DNA of 64,000 nucleotides from Rhizophagus irregularis (lineage: Eukaryota). Shown here piece by piece: positions 27,461 through 40,463 of the stretch (position 1 is the first letter of the stretch; every line of letters begins with the position of its first letter). The DNA is taken from positions 1,364,001-1,428,000 of the forward strand of contig NC_089432.1 in the NCBI RefSeq assembly GCF_026210795.1, in the 5' to 3' direction. The notes under the pieces are model-generated. The model had not been told where the DNA came from and made no database searches. It saw only the letters and a list, made by a program, of their open reading frames with translations. Position numbers and translations under genes: made by a program.

Positions 27461-28931
27461 CATAATTAGATTCATATGTCTGTAAAGTATAATTCGTATT
27501 TCACTTCTTTAATAACAATTTTTAAAACAATATTAATGCTTCTTGTTAAGTATTTATTAAACAATTTATAATTTTCTTTTTTACATCTTAAAAACTATAT
27601 ATTAATAACTTTTTTTTTAAAAAAAAAAAGAGCTGTGATGCCATTATCTCTAAGTTTCCAACTCAAACTTTGAAAATCTCATTTCTTCCCTTTGATTTTT
27701 TTTACGATTCATTATACGCAGTGATAGAGCTGGTTACCAAATAGAATTTTGGTTATTCTCGAATTTACTTAAAATTTCTCTAAATTTTAATATAAGTACT
27801 TGCGGAAAACAGAATTATTAGGTGTATTTACGAGTAGCACACTTAAAAATCTACAAATTTTTGAATTTATTTTTATCCAACAATTTGTTATATTAATAAA
27901 CACCTTTAAATATTCATTTGAACTACTTAAAATATTTAAAGCGATATATTTTAATGATAGTTTCGTCCATTAAATCAATGTATTAATAAGGCGGCGCAAA
28001 GTTATAAATTCGATTTTCATATCACACATATCACAATTTGTCTTTTTTTTGACCCAGCCGTCGCCCGGGATTTTATTTTTACAGCTGTTTTCATATTATT
28101 CGGGACAAAGTAAAATTTTGAACTTGACATCCAGTCCGGTTTTTCGGATGAGGCAAAAAAAAACTAAGTCCTTCAGATAAATATAGACAGCGGCGGAGAA
28201 AAAAGAAATAAAGAAAATCGGAGCCATAAAAAGCATTATAAATAAAATTTATGGTAATTTAAATAATCATGCTTCTTATTCTATGCACATCCCTAAAAAT
28301 GAAAAAAATGATATTAGTGTCATTTCAAACAAATAAACATCATCAAACCACCCGTTCTAAATTATAGTACTAAGTCAATGGATCGAAGTCGCATCTAAAA
28401 TACATCATCATTATTATTGAATATTGTTTAAAACGCAATTACCAAAGATAAGAAATTAAACTTACCGAAATCGTTTTAATGTTTTTTTGAATATATCATA
28501 TCAAGTCCAATATTTCCCAAGTAACTTGAAACGAAATATAGTAAACGAAACATAGAAGCGAAACATAGTATAATGCTCTCTCTTCATCTCATTTTCGACT
28601 CCCATTGTACCTTTTCATCACCGTTCCATTTTTGTGGAATTTGGATATGTACGCAAATAAGGTATGCATTTGACTCTGAGCTTGGAATTTCGAGGATCTT
28701 ATTTGGCATAAACTTTCAGTGATTCAAGAAGATTTTTATCAATACGCAATATATTATAATCATTATCATTTGCGTACAATATTGATATCAATAGTTTATT
28801 TGCGTACAATTTTGAATATCGAATATCTATTATTTATTTGAGCATGATTAGCCAGTGATTAGCTGTACGATAATATAGATATTGTATGGTGTTGTATTTA
28901 TATTGTATACTCTATTTATATAGGTAAATAG

Positions 28932-29099
28932 ATAAACTGTACTGTACGGTCAGCTAAACTGTACTGTACGAAAATATTTTAGCCAATCATAACTCATTGT
29001 ATACTTTTCGAATTTTTTTTATTTATCGTACAATAAAATCTGATTGGTGAATTCTCACTTCGTACAGTACAGTTTAGCTAACCGTACAGTACAGTTTAT
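28932..29099. mobile_element. MITE-like fold-back with 41-bp inverted arms
   Basis: ATAAACTGTACTGTACGGTCAGCTAAACTGTACTGTACGAA (28932-28972) matches its reverse complement at 29059-29099 with 1 mismatch. An 18-bp direct repeat flanks it (28904-28921, 29101-29118). Confidence 0.75.
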
Positions 29100-29565
29100 A
29101 TGTATACTCTATTTATATTGGTTTACGTCACGAAATATCACACTAATTTTTCTTGCAACCTTCCCGCGGGCATATGTAAATTGTGTCTCCTTGAAAAGCT
29201 CTGTTGCAAGAATTAATGTCGTGTTCGCAGACGTGATCTTCTGGGTTTAAAGTACTTGATTTGATGCACATCTATCATTTGCAAATGAATGGGCAATGGG
29301 CTATTTATATCATTATATGTTGTAGTGATTTAACACCTTACGATTGTGGGGTAATACTGATCAAGTCGTCATTTGAGTGACCAATTCGGCCAAAATTAGC
29401 ATGGCTAATTTTTGGCTGAATTATGTCCTAAAGCTGGCTAATTTTTCCAATTTGTCTCGTGACTTATTATAAAAAATAGATGTATCAAAGAAAAAAAAAT
29501 AAAGGATTAAATTTAAAAAAAAAATAATACAATGAATTTTTATTTAAATTTAAATTTAAATATAA

Positions 29566-29770
29566 CTAGATTAGGTTGATGTGTGGCAACTTCGTCGCCA
29601 CCAGATAGATTATTGTCGAAAACATAAGTGATTAGGTCTTTGTTCATGATTATTTTATTTATTTTAAAAAAAAAATTGTAATTCCAAAAATTATAAAAAG
29701 TTTTGAAATAAATAATAGCAAATTTATTTATTTTTATTTATAAAATTGATAAATATTTTCGCAAATATAA
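29566..29770 (-). mobile_element. Helitron 3' end (family A), inverted copy
   Basis: Reverse complement reads ...atctatctggtggcgacgaagttgccacacatcaacctaatCTAG|T, matching 14670-14757, with patchy homology for a further ~150 bp. Confidence 0.8.
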
Positions 29771-31244
29771 AATGAATATTAAAAATTATAAAAGTTGCTA
29801 CTGGTTAGATTTTTTATAAAAAATCATTTTATTCCCAAGATGAATTGTTTTTAGTTAGTAAAAAAAAAGAATAAATATTTTATTAGTGATTTGTAATAAA
29901 TAATTAGTAATTAATTTAACAAAAATTTTATCATTTACCAAGATATTTACTAAATTGCCAATGTGATCTATTAGTATTGTCCTATTTCAGTCAGTTCCTT
30001 TCATTTCAAAGCGACAAAGCCACAAGAATAAACATAAATGGTAGAAAAAGAAGTGGCTTGATTAATAATATTCAAAGAAAAGAAAAATAATATTGTTAAA
30101 CGAATGATTGTCAAAATGTTATTTACCAATAAAGTCACAAGATCAAATCTAAAATGGTAATCAATTTTAGATTAGTAAACTAATCAGGACACTATTATAG
30201 TTTAAATAAAATTAGTTAATTAAAAAAAAGGTGGTTAAAATAAAATTGGTTAATTAAAAAAATTGGCAAAAAACAAATTAGTCATCGGTAAATATGCTGA
30301 TCTACAAATTTTTCCGCATTTCCCATTAGTCACTGGATGATCTGCAATTTTTTTTTTATAAAAAATAACTAATTCGTAAAAAAAGTTACAGGGCCTCTTC
30401 AGAATCAGTATCTGAATCAGATACTGAATATAATACAATATAATAATAATGAACGGTCATTTAGGTCACACAAACTTCTAAAAAAGGTGATTTTTTTTGG
30501 AAAAAGGAAATTGTTTATTACACTAAAAACGATGTACATATATAAAATTATATTTGTTAAGGTAACACAAATCTCTTGGTGGACCATCCTTTATTATATC
30601 ATGTTAAAAAAATACAGTACTCAATGAATAGAGATGTTTAAATGAATTATGTATACTCCCATTATCTCTTTATTTACTAATTGACTACTGTATATTTTAT
30701 CTACGAAATTTAAACTAAACATACAACGTAAATAAACCAAAGACTATAACTAGGAAAATGAAAGTCTGTCGCGTCATACTTGCAATACATCAATACTTCG
30801 CATGGGCCATACCACAGGATTTTATTGGTGGAAATTTTTTGTTGCCACGGTAAACTTGCAAAATGTACGTCCAATTACATATTTTTTTGTTTTCTATGAT
30901 TTTAGCGTTAAATCTTTAAATTTTAATCAAATAAAATTAGTTGTTTAAGAAATATTAGACAATTCTGATATTTTAATGCACATTGCAAAATATAATTTTG
31001 AAGTTTGAAGAGTAATGTAATTGTTTAAATATCAAATATCAACCAAAATTAACAAAATACAATAAACCAGAAAGATCAAAGAAAACACAATAAAAAGTGA
31101 TTAGATATTCCCAACAAATCAAGAAAAAACACAATAAAGGTCGCTTAAATCCCAACATAATAGTAACCAAGATAAAGAGATACAATAAGGGTTAAATTTC
31201 ATGAACAAACCCAAGGAATATAATCAAAAGCTGGAATCAAATTA

Positions 31245-31780
31245 CTCCTGAAAAAAAGAAAGAGAAAGAGAACGTTAACAGTGCTCTCAAATAAAAAAAA
31301 AGCCACAAATAATAAAAAAACCAAGAAACTCACACTTGCGATTTAAAAGTCAACCCGAAACCCCAGGTGTTCCTAAAAAAAGAAAAAGAAAGAGAACATT
31401 ATTAGACTCAAATAAAAAAAAAATAATAATGAAACTCACCTTCCTACTTGCGATTTAAAATTCATATCAGGTGTTTCACAAAAAAAAGAAAGTTAATAAC
31501 ATTTTCAGGCAAAAATAAGACGCCAAAATAATAAAAAACTGAATCACCTTTCTATACTGAAGTCCAGTGTTCCTAGAAAAAAAAGAAAGAACGTTAACAA
31601 CATTTACAGACAAAAAGAATCAAGAAAACTGAGCAACTCACCTTCTTACTTGCAATTTCAAAGTTCATAGTAAAGTCATAAAAAAAGTGAGCGTTAATAA
31701 CCTCAAATAAAAAAAATGTGAAAATAATTAAAAAAAACAAGAAACTCACTTCTCCCACTTGCGATTTCCGTTCCTTAAAA
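31245..31780 (-). repeat. Degenerate ~105-125-bp tandem array whose units look like micro-exon plus intron on the minus strand
   Basis: Five GTGAGTT/GTGATT donor-like motifs, most followed by a TTAAC branch-like motif, a pyrimidine tract and AG, then short GAACAC...AATCGCAAGT segments. Confidence 0.65.
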
Positions 31781-32067
31781 GAGAACGAAAAAAAATAATA
31801 TCTCGTGTACCGTGAAAATTACTGGCAGTGTTATGATTTTGTGTTAACCCATGAAATTTTCCTTCCTTTCATCCGCTGACGTCACCTCACTAATTACCTC
31901 TGCTTTTCACCGTACATATAGAAAGTCCTTTGCTACGCTCCAGACAATAATGTAAATTTTATTTGACGTTATTACAGGTTAACATCAAAAGATTTTTGGT
32001 AGAACTTACTACTAATTTTTGCTCATTAGTTTTTAATAAATACAAACTATTTTAACTATTTTGATTA

Positions 32068-32672
32068 CCGTATTCTTCTGATCATATGATCATAAGCACC
32101 ACAAAACTTTAGTACATCCATGCTTTAATTGCTTTACCTTATTTATACTCCCCTATTACGCCAAAACTCAACGTTCGGCATATTCTAAAGGTAAAAACCT
32201 AGAATAAAAATTATTTTTTATTCAAAATATAAAAAGACAAAATTTATTTCTCACCCGACCCCCTGAATTTAATATACAAAAAATGACGTCATGCCGATCA
32301 TTTGCCGATCATTTCCAAAAAAGGAACAACGTAATTTTTGACGGAAAAAATTATTTTTTTTAAAAAAAAATAAAACTTAATATAAGCTTCGTATAGCCTT
32401 CAAAGTTATGGCTCATAGGTAATTTTGCCTGCTCTACAAATTTACTTAATACCTTAGGAAAGGTTATAAATACCATTTTTGATATTTTGACAATTTATGA
32501 CTTGGGGATGAGGAATATCGAATCTCACCCAGGGTGAGGAATAAATTCACCCATATAAAAATATTACAATAAAAAAAAAAATTCAAATTTGAGTGGTGCT
32601 TATATTTTTGTTTTTCAAATTTTTTTCCGAAAATTGGGATGGTGCGTGGGGTTTCTAATCGAAAGAATACGG
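32068..32672. mobile_element. Probable old Tc1/mariner/pogo-type non-autonomous element
   Basis: TA|CCGTATTCTT at 32066 and AAGAATACGG|TA ending at 32674. Only 12 bp of perfect terminal match including the TA. Confidence 0.45.
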
Positions 32673-33255
32673 TATTTGAATAATACATTTTTTTATTATA
32701 AACCATTGTTATTTGACTACATGAATTAATTGAGTGACCCAAATAAATATAAATTAATAATCAAGAATTACTTAGTTTAGGCATGGTATAGGGTTAGGAC
32801 ATAAGTTAGAATTCAAAGTGTGCAAAATTATTGCAATTTATAATATATCATTTCTTCTATAATTCACTTTACTGCTTATTCACAGATTTCTTGAAGCTTT
32901 GTCAATTTTATATTATGATCGTCAGTATTGCACCAGAAATCATGATTTAGGAAAAAAAAATTGTAATTCAAAAAAAATAAATAAAACTAAGGTTATTTCA
33001 ATGCAAAAAAAGTAGAATACTTTTAATATATTAAATATTCATAAGCAAATAGAAACACATCTAAATTAATTCTAAATACGAACAGAGACATTTTGGAAGT
33101 GCAAGTTTGATAACTTACAAAATGAGAAATTATAACTAAATATCTCCATAAATATACATTATTAAAAAAAGTAAAAAAAGTTAAATGGCGAATTAATATT
33201 ATAAAATAATATCCAAAGACTCAAATAAAAAATTTTCTAGTTTACTTTACATGAA

Positions 33256-35754
33256 TTATTCTCTATTCTTTAGTAGCTTTTCTAATTGATTCTGAGCATC
33301 TTGATCTCCTTGTTCAGCAGATTTTTTATACCAATAAATTGCCAGTTCTATGTTTTTAAAGATTCCTTTTCCATTTTTATACATAAAAGCAACATTACAT
33401 TGAGCATCACTAAATCCTAAATTCGCAGCCTTTTGATATAATTCAAATGCTTTTTGATAATTAATGTTAGTTCCAATTCCGTTAATATAACAATATCCTA
33501 AATTATTTAATCCATATGGACTTTCTAAATTTGCAGCCTTTTGATATAATTCAAATGCTTTTCGATAATCAATGTTAGTTCCAATTCCTTTTTCATAACA
33601 ATCTCCTAAATTATTTAATCCAGATGCATTTCCTAAATTTGCAGCCTTCTGATACAATTCAAATGCCTTATTATTGTCAATGCTAGTTCCAATTCCCTTT
33701 GCATAACATATTCCTAAATTATTCAATCCATATTTATTTCCTAAATTTGCTGATTTTTGATACAATTCAAATGCCTTTTGATAATTAATGTTAGTTTCAA
33801 TCCCCTTTTCATAACATTTTCCTAAACTACTTATTCCAGCTGCGTTTCCTAAATTTGCTGATTCTTGATACAATTCAAAGGCCTTTTTTTTGTCAATATC
33901 AGTTCCGATTCCCTTTTCATAACATTTTCCTAAACAATTTAATCCAAATGCATTTCCTAAATTTGCAGCTCTTTGATATGATCCAAATGCCTTTTGATAA
34001 TCAATACTAGTGCCAATTCCGTTATAATAACAATGTCCTAAATTATTTATTCCAGATATACTTCCTAAATTTTCCGCCTTCTGATACAATTCAAATACCT
34101 TTTGATAATCAATGCTAGTACCAATTCCGTTATAATAACAATGTCCTAAATTATTTATTCCAGACATACTTCCTAAATTTGCCGCCTTCTGACATAATTC
34201 AAATGCCTTTTGATAATCAATGCTAGTACCAATTCCGCTATAATAACAATATCCTAAATTATTTATTGCAGTTGCGTTTTCTAAATTCGCTGATTTTTGA
34301 TACAATTCAAAGGCCTTTTTTTTGTCAATATCAATCCCAATTCCTAAATGATTAAACGCTCCAAGTAAAAAAATAGAATTGGAATTATTTTGATCACTCA
34401 ATAACCAATTATAAATTTCTTGTAAATTGATATTATGATTATTAAGATAATTAAGAATATTCTGTTCAAGTATTTCATCCCCTAATTTTTCACAAAAGTC
34501 AACTAACTCATCAACCACTATATTAAAACTAATATTAGTCTGACCAATTTTTAATGTTTTTAATTTATCAACTACCTGATCGATAGTTGGACGATTATCT
34601 GGCTCACAATTCCAACATTCTAAAAAAAAAGATGATTATATTAGATTAAATAATGATATCTTAATAATATTCAAAACAATGCTATTTACCGGTATAAAGG
34701 TTAATGTAAGCAGTAGGTGTGTCAGTAAGTGGTGTTTCTCTAAGTCCTTGTGAAATTTTTACAATTAAACTATATGATGACATTCCTTTAAAAGGTGGTT
34801 GACCACTTGATATTTCCCACAGGAGTACACCAATACTATAAATATCACTCTTTTTATTTAAAGAGTATTGTTGAAAATTGAATTTTTTTGGGTCAATATA
34901 TGGAACTACACCAAATAAGTCCGATCGTGATTTATATGCCTCATCAATCCTTTTTGATAAACCAAAATCAGCCAACTTTATGATATTTTGATGAATTAAT
35001 ACATTTTTAGAGTGCTATTTAATATGAATATTAAATAAATTGATTAATTAATATATATAATATAATATTAAATAATAAAATGTAAATGAATTACCAAATC
35101 ACGATGAACAATTCCTTCATCATGTAAACATAGTACAGCATGGGCTAGCTGAAATGCCAGATTAAATTTATTATGCCAAGTAAGATTATGAAAATGTTCT
35201 TTCAAATACTCTTGAAGAGTACCGCTATCAGCGTATTCCATTACTAACCAATATTTTAAGGAGTTATCATTTTGGTTTTCTTATTAAGGAAAAAAAAAAA
35301 ATATTATTTTAAATATTATGAAGTTAATATCATTATCATTATTATAAAATTTATCATACGTGTTGTAATGCCAAAGAAACGAATAATATTTTCATGGAAA
35401 TCCACTTCGCGCTGATGTTTAAGCTAGGTCGTAAATAAATTTTAAATTAAAAGTCATAGTAAAGGAGGAGATATATAATATGCATATTATGTTGTTTATT
35501 ACCTCATTAACAACTTCTTTAGTTGTAATATTATTGAAATTAAAAAAAGTTTTCAACGCTAAATAACTATGAGGACTTTTCCAGTTAGCACGGTAGACCT
35601 TTCCGAAGCTTCCAGAACCAATTTCCTCAATATTTTTAAAATGATTATATTCGTAATGTTTAATATAATTTTTTGCAATAGCTTCTTCAAGCCAAATAGT
35701 CCATTCATTATTTGAATCTTCAGTGACAGTTATTGGTATAATAGGTTCTGACAT
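33256..35754 (-). CDS. TKL protein kinase fused to 10 Sel1-like repeats (5 exons); inverted paralogue of the 16628 gene
   Basis: Same intron positions and an intact frame through all exons. The 97-aa exon-4 ORF differs from the paralogue at 4 residues. Ten 36-aa repeats end in the same SAEQGDQDAQNQLEKLLKN cap. Confidence 0.93.
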
Positions 35755-36214
35755 TGTTGAGTTTGTAGAATTTTTTATTATAGAAATTAATTTAAGTTTA
35801 ATTTAAGTTTAAAGCTAAATGGGATTTTGGTATTACCAAAACGTAATCGTGCATTAAAATAATTAAAGTAACCTGTCGATCATTTTGAGTGAAAAAAAAC
35901 AGAGGCACAGACGATTTTTAATTTTTTTTTACATTTTTTAAGGAATATGATCTGATATAGTAATTGTCCAAAATGAAGGACAATATAGTAATATGCGCTA
36001 AGAAAATTTGTGGTCACGGGTGGTTGTCGTCTTCCCCATTTACCGTAGTAACACCACCAATTTTATAATTAAAATTTTACCCCACGTGACCGGTGACAGT
36101 TAAGGGGTTGTGAAAAAAATAATTTTGGAAGGCAAAAAAAAAACTAAGTCCCTCAGATAAATATAAACAGTGAAAACGCGGTGGGGTGTGATGCCGGTGA
36201 TGAATATTATTAGG

Positions 36215-36297
36215 TCACGTGGGGGTAAAAAAATTTGGTGGTAATACTGGGGAAGATCGTCTTCCCCAGTATCACCACAAAATTTCCTCCCACGTGA
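36215..36297. repeat. GC-rich imperfect hairpin bounded by CACGTG motifs; degenerate partner at ~36003-36091
   Basis: TGGTAATACTGGGGAAGA-tcg-TCTTCCCCAGTATCACCA (17/18-bp stem, 36239-36277) nested in TCACGTGGG...CCCACGTGA. Confidence 0.7.
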
Positions 36298-38215
36298 TTT
36301 GACTGATTTAAATTTTGATTGGCTTATGTTACACATAAGACAAAAAAAAATGAAAAAAGAGATTTTTTTTCTTAGGATATTATAATAAAAAAATTTTATT
36401 TCGTTACAATAATCTTCAAAGGTCTGTTTCATCTATCAAAAGCGTTAAAATTACGATGTAAAGTGAAAAAATCCAGCTGCGATTTTACATATTTTTTTTT
36501 TTTTAACAACACGATAAACATGAAATGTAAAAGAACAAGATACACGTTAAACTCAGATACACTTTGAAATTGAACTATACTAAATACAGCCAATCTCTCC
36601 GTCCGTGCGCATCGGTCAACACCCGGTCACGCCTCCACCCCCCTTGGAATACTACACTACTACTACACCTCTAATCTTGCCTCTACCCTTTCCACGGTAC
36701 CTCGTCCACTCTCCTTCATCATCTTCTTCGTCCTCTACCTCACTCCTATCCCCTTGTTTACCAATAACTCGCTTCTTACCCTCTTTTACAATCTTTGAGA
36801 ATATTTAAGCTATTTTAATAAAAATTAATATTTGAGTACTTAATTCCATATGCTGAACAATTTTACTTAAGCCTCCTAGACTTATTTCATTTATCAAAAT
36901 ACTGAAATTACACTATAAAATTGAAAATAATGTAAGTAATTTCATTAATGAATACCTGCTTTTCACAAAATTTTAAGAAATGGGAGAGAATTTTGTTGTA
37001 AAATAAATCAATAAGGCTTATCACGCCACATAAGTCACGTGAGGGAAGAAGATTTGTTGGGAGCTCCTTTTAACCTAGAGTCCTAGAGCTTGGTCTAGAT
37101 TAATATCTTAAATCCCTCTTCTTTTAGTTCAAAAATAATTATCAATGCCACATATTTTGTGAACATTTATCTTAAAAAATATTTTAGCTTTTTTTTCGCG
37201 CTCGATAAAAAATTTAAACTTTTATTTTAAAAAATGCAAAAATTATACATTTCATGTACTTAAATATTAAGGAATAAAAAAATAAGATGTACTTCCGTGC
37301 ATAATTATTAATAATATAGCCGGTTTTTAAAGAACTTTACAAACCATAATAAAATTTTATCTTAAGTAAAAGGCTTATTTGAATAAATGCAAAATAAACA
37401 ATATAATTTACAATAGAAAGTAAGACGTAATAACTAATAAGTTCCGATCAATAAAAATGCTGAAAATCATCTGCTTCCCGTTCTGACCAAAATCATAAGA
37501 CAAAATATGGATTATTCCAGATAAATCTAAGTCTTAATCCCAGAATTTTGCGGCTCATATTTTCAACTAAACGGTACACCATATTTATGTTTACAAGCAC
37601 CCTGACTCGTATTCACATTTATATAAAGCTTAGTTAACTTTGTCAAGCATTACAGCTAAAAAAAAAATAAAATGTCGTTTAGATTAGTCTGTATAAATTG
37701 AATTGTGAACACGTGATTCATCTGCCAATAAATTGGTATAGTAAATTTTTCTGTGGAATTTTTTTTTTCGTAACAATAGTAAATTCTATGGGATTTTTTT
37801 TTTCAATATTAATTAGTAGAACGCTATAATGAATTTCTTTGAGATAGATATGTATTTTTTTCAACAATTGATGTAATTTTTTTTAATGCTACAATGGAAT
37901 TTTTTCGGTGTATCTGATCTTAGTATAGTATGATTTTGTAAAATAATGTGTATATTGCATCTTTTGTTAGTACGTATGATTTTAAATCGTACGTACTACT
38001 TTGATTTTAAATTGTACGTATGTAGTGAAAAAAAAAAATCATACATACGTATATAAATCATACTTTTTTACCAGTACACTTTTTCAATGGCGCTCGCTCC
38101 TTCTTTAAAATATGAAAATAAAAATTTAAATAAACATAATTATGTATTGTTTCACTTGTTTGTACGTAATAAAAAATTTTTATCATATACATATTATTAT
38201 ACATTGTGATAAATA

Positions 38216-38771
38216 CACAGTGAAATTCGATATAACGGAACCATCCGTTCCAGTAAAAATATCCGGTATATCGAGACTTCCGATATACCAAAAAATTTCG
38301 ATATACCGGATTTTATATATAAATCACATGAAATTCCGGTATATCAAGTTTTTATTTGTGCGACATGTGCGACGAACATTGAAAATTTAGATTATTTTTA
38401 TTTAAAACATTATTTGAGAAATTTTATGCACTGAAATTTACCAAAACTTAAAAAAATTTTGCTTTTTCTTACTATTCGAAATAATTTTTTTATAAAAAAA
38501 AAATTACCACGTTGTGAGATTATCTGTATCACGTGAAAATACTGTAATTTTATTGGTTTAAAATTGTGAATCGACACGTGTTCCGGTATATCGAACCATT
38601 TTTATTATAACCGTTCTGTTATTTGTTCCGTTATAGCTATTATCGAGATTTTACTAATAAATTCCGTTATATCAAACTTATTTTAATATATGTGATTTGG
38701 TTCCGGAAAAAAGTTCCAGTATAAGGCCGGTTCCGGTTTATTGGGGTTCCGTTATATCGAATTTCACTGTG
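38216..38771. mobile_element. Non-autonomous TIR element (pogo/Tc1-like ends)
   Basis: Perfect 27-bp TIRs CACAGTGAAATTCGATATAACGGAACC (38216-38242, 38745-38771) and many internal TTCCG(G/T)TATATC motifs. No clean TA target duplication. Confidence 0.85.
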
Positions 38772-39021
38772 AGTGTATATATGTACCATAAAAAATCATA
38801 CATACAAAGTAAAATTCCACAAACACGGCATACTAACTTACAAAATCGTACTAAAGTAATATTATATATACTCAATTTTTTTAAGATAAAAAAAAAAAAA
38901 ATTTTTTTTGTAACAATAGACTACTTATTCTGTAATGAATTTGTAAATATATAAATAAATCATAAATTCCAGATATGAACATTAGAAACCCACATCAAAT
39001 ATTGTGGAAATATGTGGAAAT

Positions 39022-39238
39022 TTTATTTTTATTTTATTTTTATTTTTGAAATGTAGACAATGACGGGAACCATACAAGTTTGTGGGCTGAGCCCTTACAC
39101 AAGGAAAACTACTACGCTACACTGTACCCATATAAACCCAACCCCCTCAAAGAAGGGATCGTACTGCCTATTATTGAAAAAAAACAACACTAGGCATTAC
39201 CAGCATTGTAAGCGAAAATATATTTTGTTATAGTAATA
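39022..39238 (-). mobile_element. Short retroposed insertion (5'-truncated LINE 3' end or SINE)
   Basis: T-rich (TTTTA)n tract at 39022-39047 (an A-tail on the minus strand). An exact 15-bp direct repeat GAAATATGTGGAAAT flanks the insert (39007-39021, 39239-39253). Confidence 0.7.
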
Positions 39239-39609
39239 GAAATATGTGGAAATCTGAATAGTTCTAATATTTTCCAGACAAAAACACGTGGTATTTTCGG
39301 TGTAGATCAATGTGAATTCGTGTAGGATATATGGAAATTCCACAAACCTATGCGGAATTATCTAAAAATTTCCTGACGCAAGATCAACGAAAAATAATAT
39401 TTCATATACTGTGTAATACTCACACAATTCATTATTATTTTTATAATTATATAAATTTATTACATTTATTTCTTACTAATCCCATCATGATAATAGTAAA
39501 AAACTAGACCTATTCACGTGGCAAAAAAAATATAAATATGTTAATATTACTCTCTTGGCCTAATGGGCAAAGTCCCATACCCGGCGCAACACAAATATAG
39601 CAAAGGAGT

Positions 39610-40350
39610 TAAAATGGGAAGAGCCAATTTTAATGATGACTGATTGTACAAAAATTCGTTCTAATCTAGTATATTCTCAAGAACTTGGTTATATCACCGG
39701 ATCCACTTTATCTTCAAATGTAGTCTCAATTTCCAACATTAATGATATACATGCAAAAATAAAACAACATTTATGAAAAGAACATAATTGTAACACAAGT
39801 TCGGGTCATTGTACTCCAAGTTTTTATGATTTTTAATTAGATTTTTTTTTATTATTTATGTTATTCTAACATTGATTATTAAATTAGATTCCCGTCGGAA
39901 AAATACCTCCAATTCAAATTGCTATTTTGCGTATAAAAGGTAATGAATCTGCAGAACAAATTTTTAGTATTCTCCAAACTGTATTGGATTATGCACATAA
40001 GAGTAATATCAATATTTTCAGCATGAGAGCTGATGGTGCACGTTCAGAATTTAATGCTCAAACACAAATTACAACATATTTTACAGATGATCCATTTTAT
40101 AATGTGCATTTAAAAGTACCTATTATTAATGGAAAACCATTAGTACGTATTCAGGATCAAAAGCATGCTAAGAAGTCAGCGTGAAAATCAACTATTTACT
40201 GGAGCAAGGCTTCTTTCATTAGGAATAGATACCGCGCAATACGATCAGCTTTTTCAATTAGCACAAAATCATGTTTTACTAAAACGTGATGTTATTAATG
40301 TTGACAAACAAGACGATGGCGCCGCTTATAGAATATCTCATTCAGAAACT
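39610..40350 (+). pseudogene. DDE transposase relic, P-element/THAP9-like
   Basis: ILMMTDCTKIRSNLVYSQELGYITGS, FSMRADGA, RIQDQKHAKKSAR/NQLFTGARLL and RDVINVDKQDDGAAYRI; frameshifted and truncated. Confidence 0.6.
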
Positions 40351-40463
40351 TTGACAATATTCCTTCTAATTGGTCCATTAATAATACCACAAAATTCTCA
40401 GGGGTTATATATAAATTACAAAAAAATATTTTCGATAATCAAAATCTCTTTTTTACTTCAAAA

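Noticed and set aside
29383..30427. Isolated short palindromes at 29383-29422 and 30405-30427
   Set aside because: No termini, TSD or second copy could be tied to them. The second may belong to the adjacent Helitron, but I could not show this.
39553..39590. tRNA-like start (TGGCCTAATGG)
   Set aside because: No T-arm GTTCRA motif or acceptor stem could be built.
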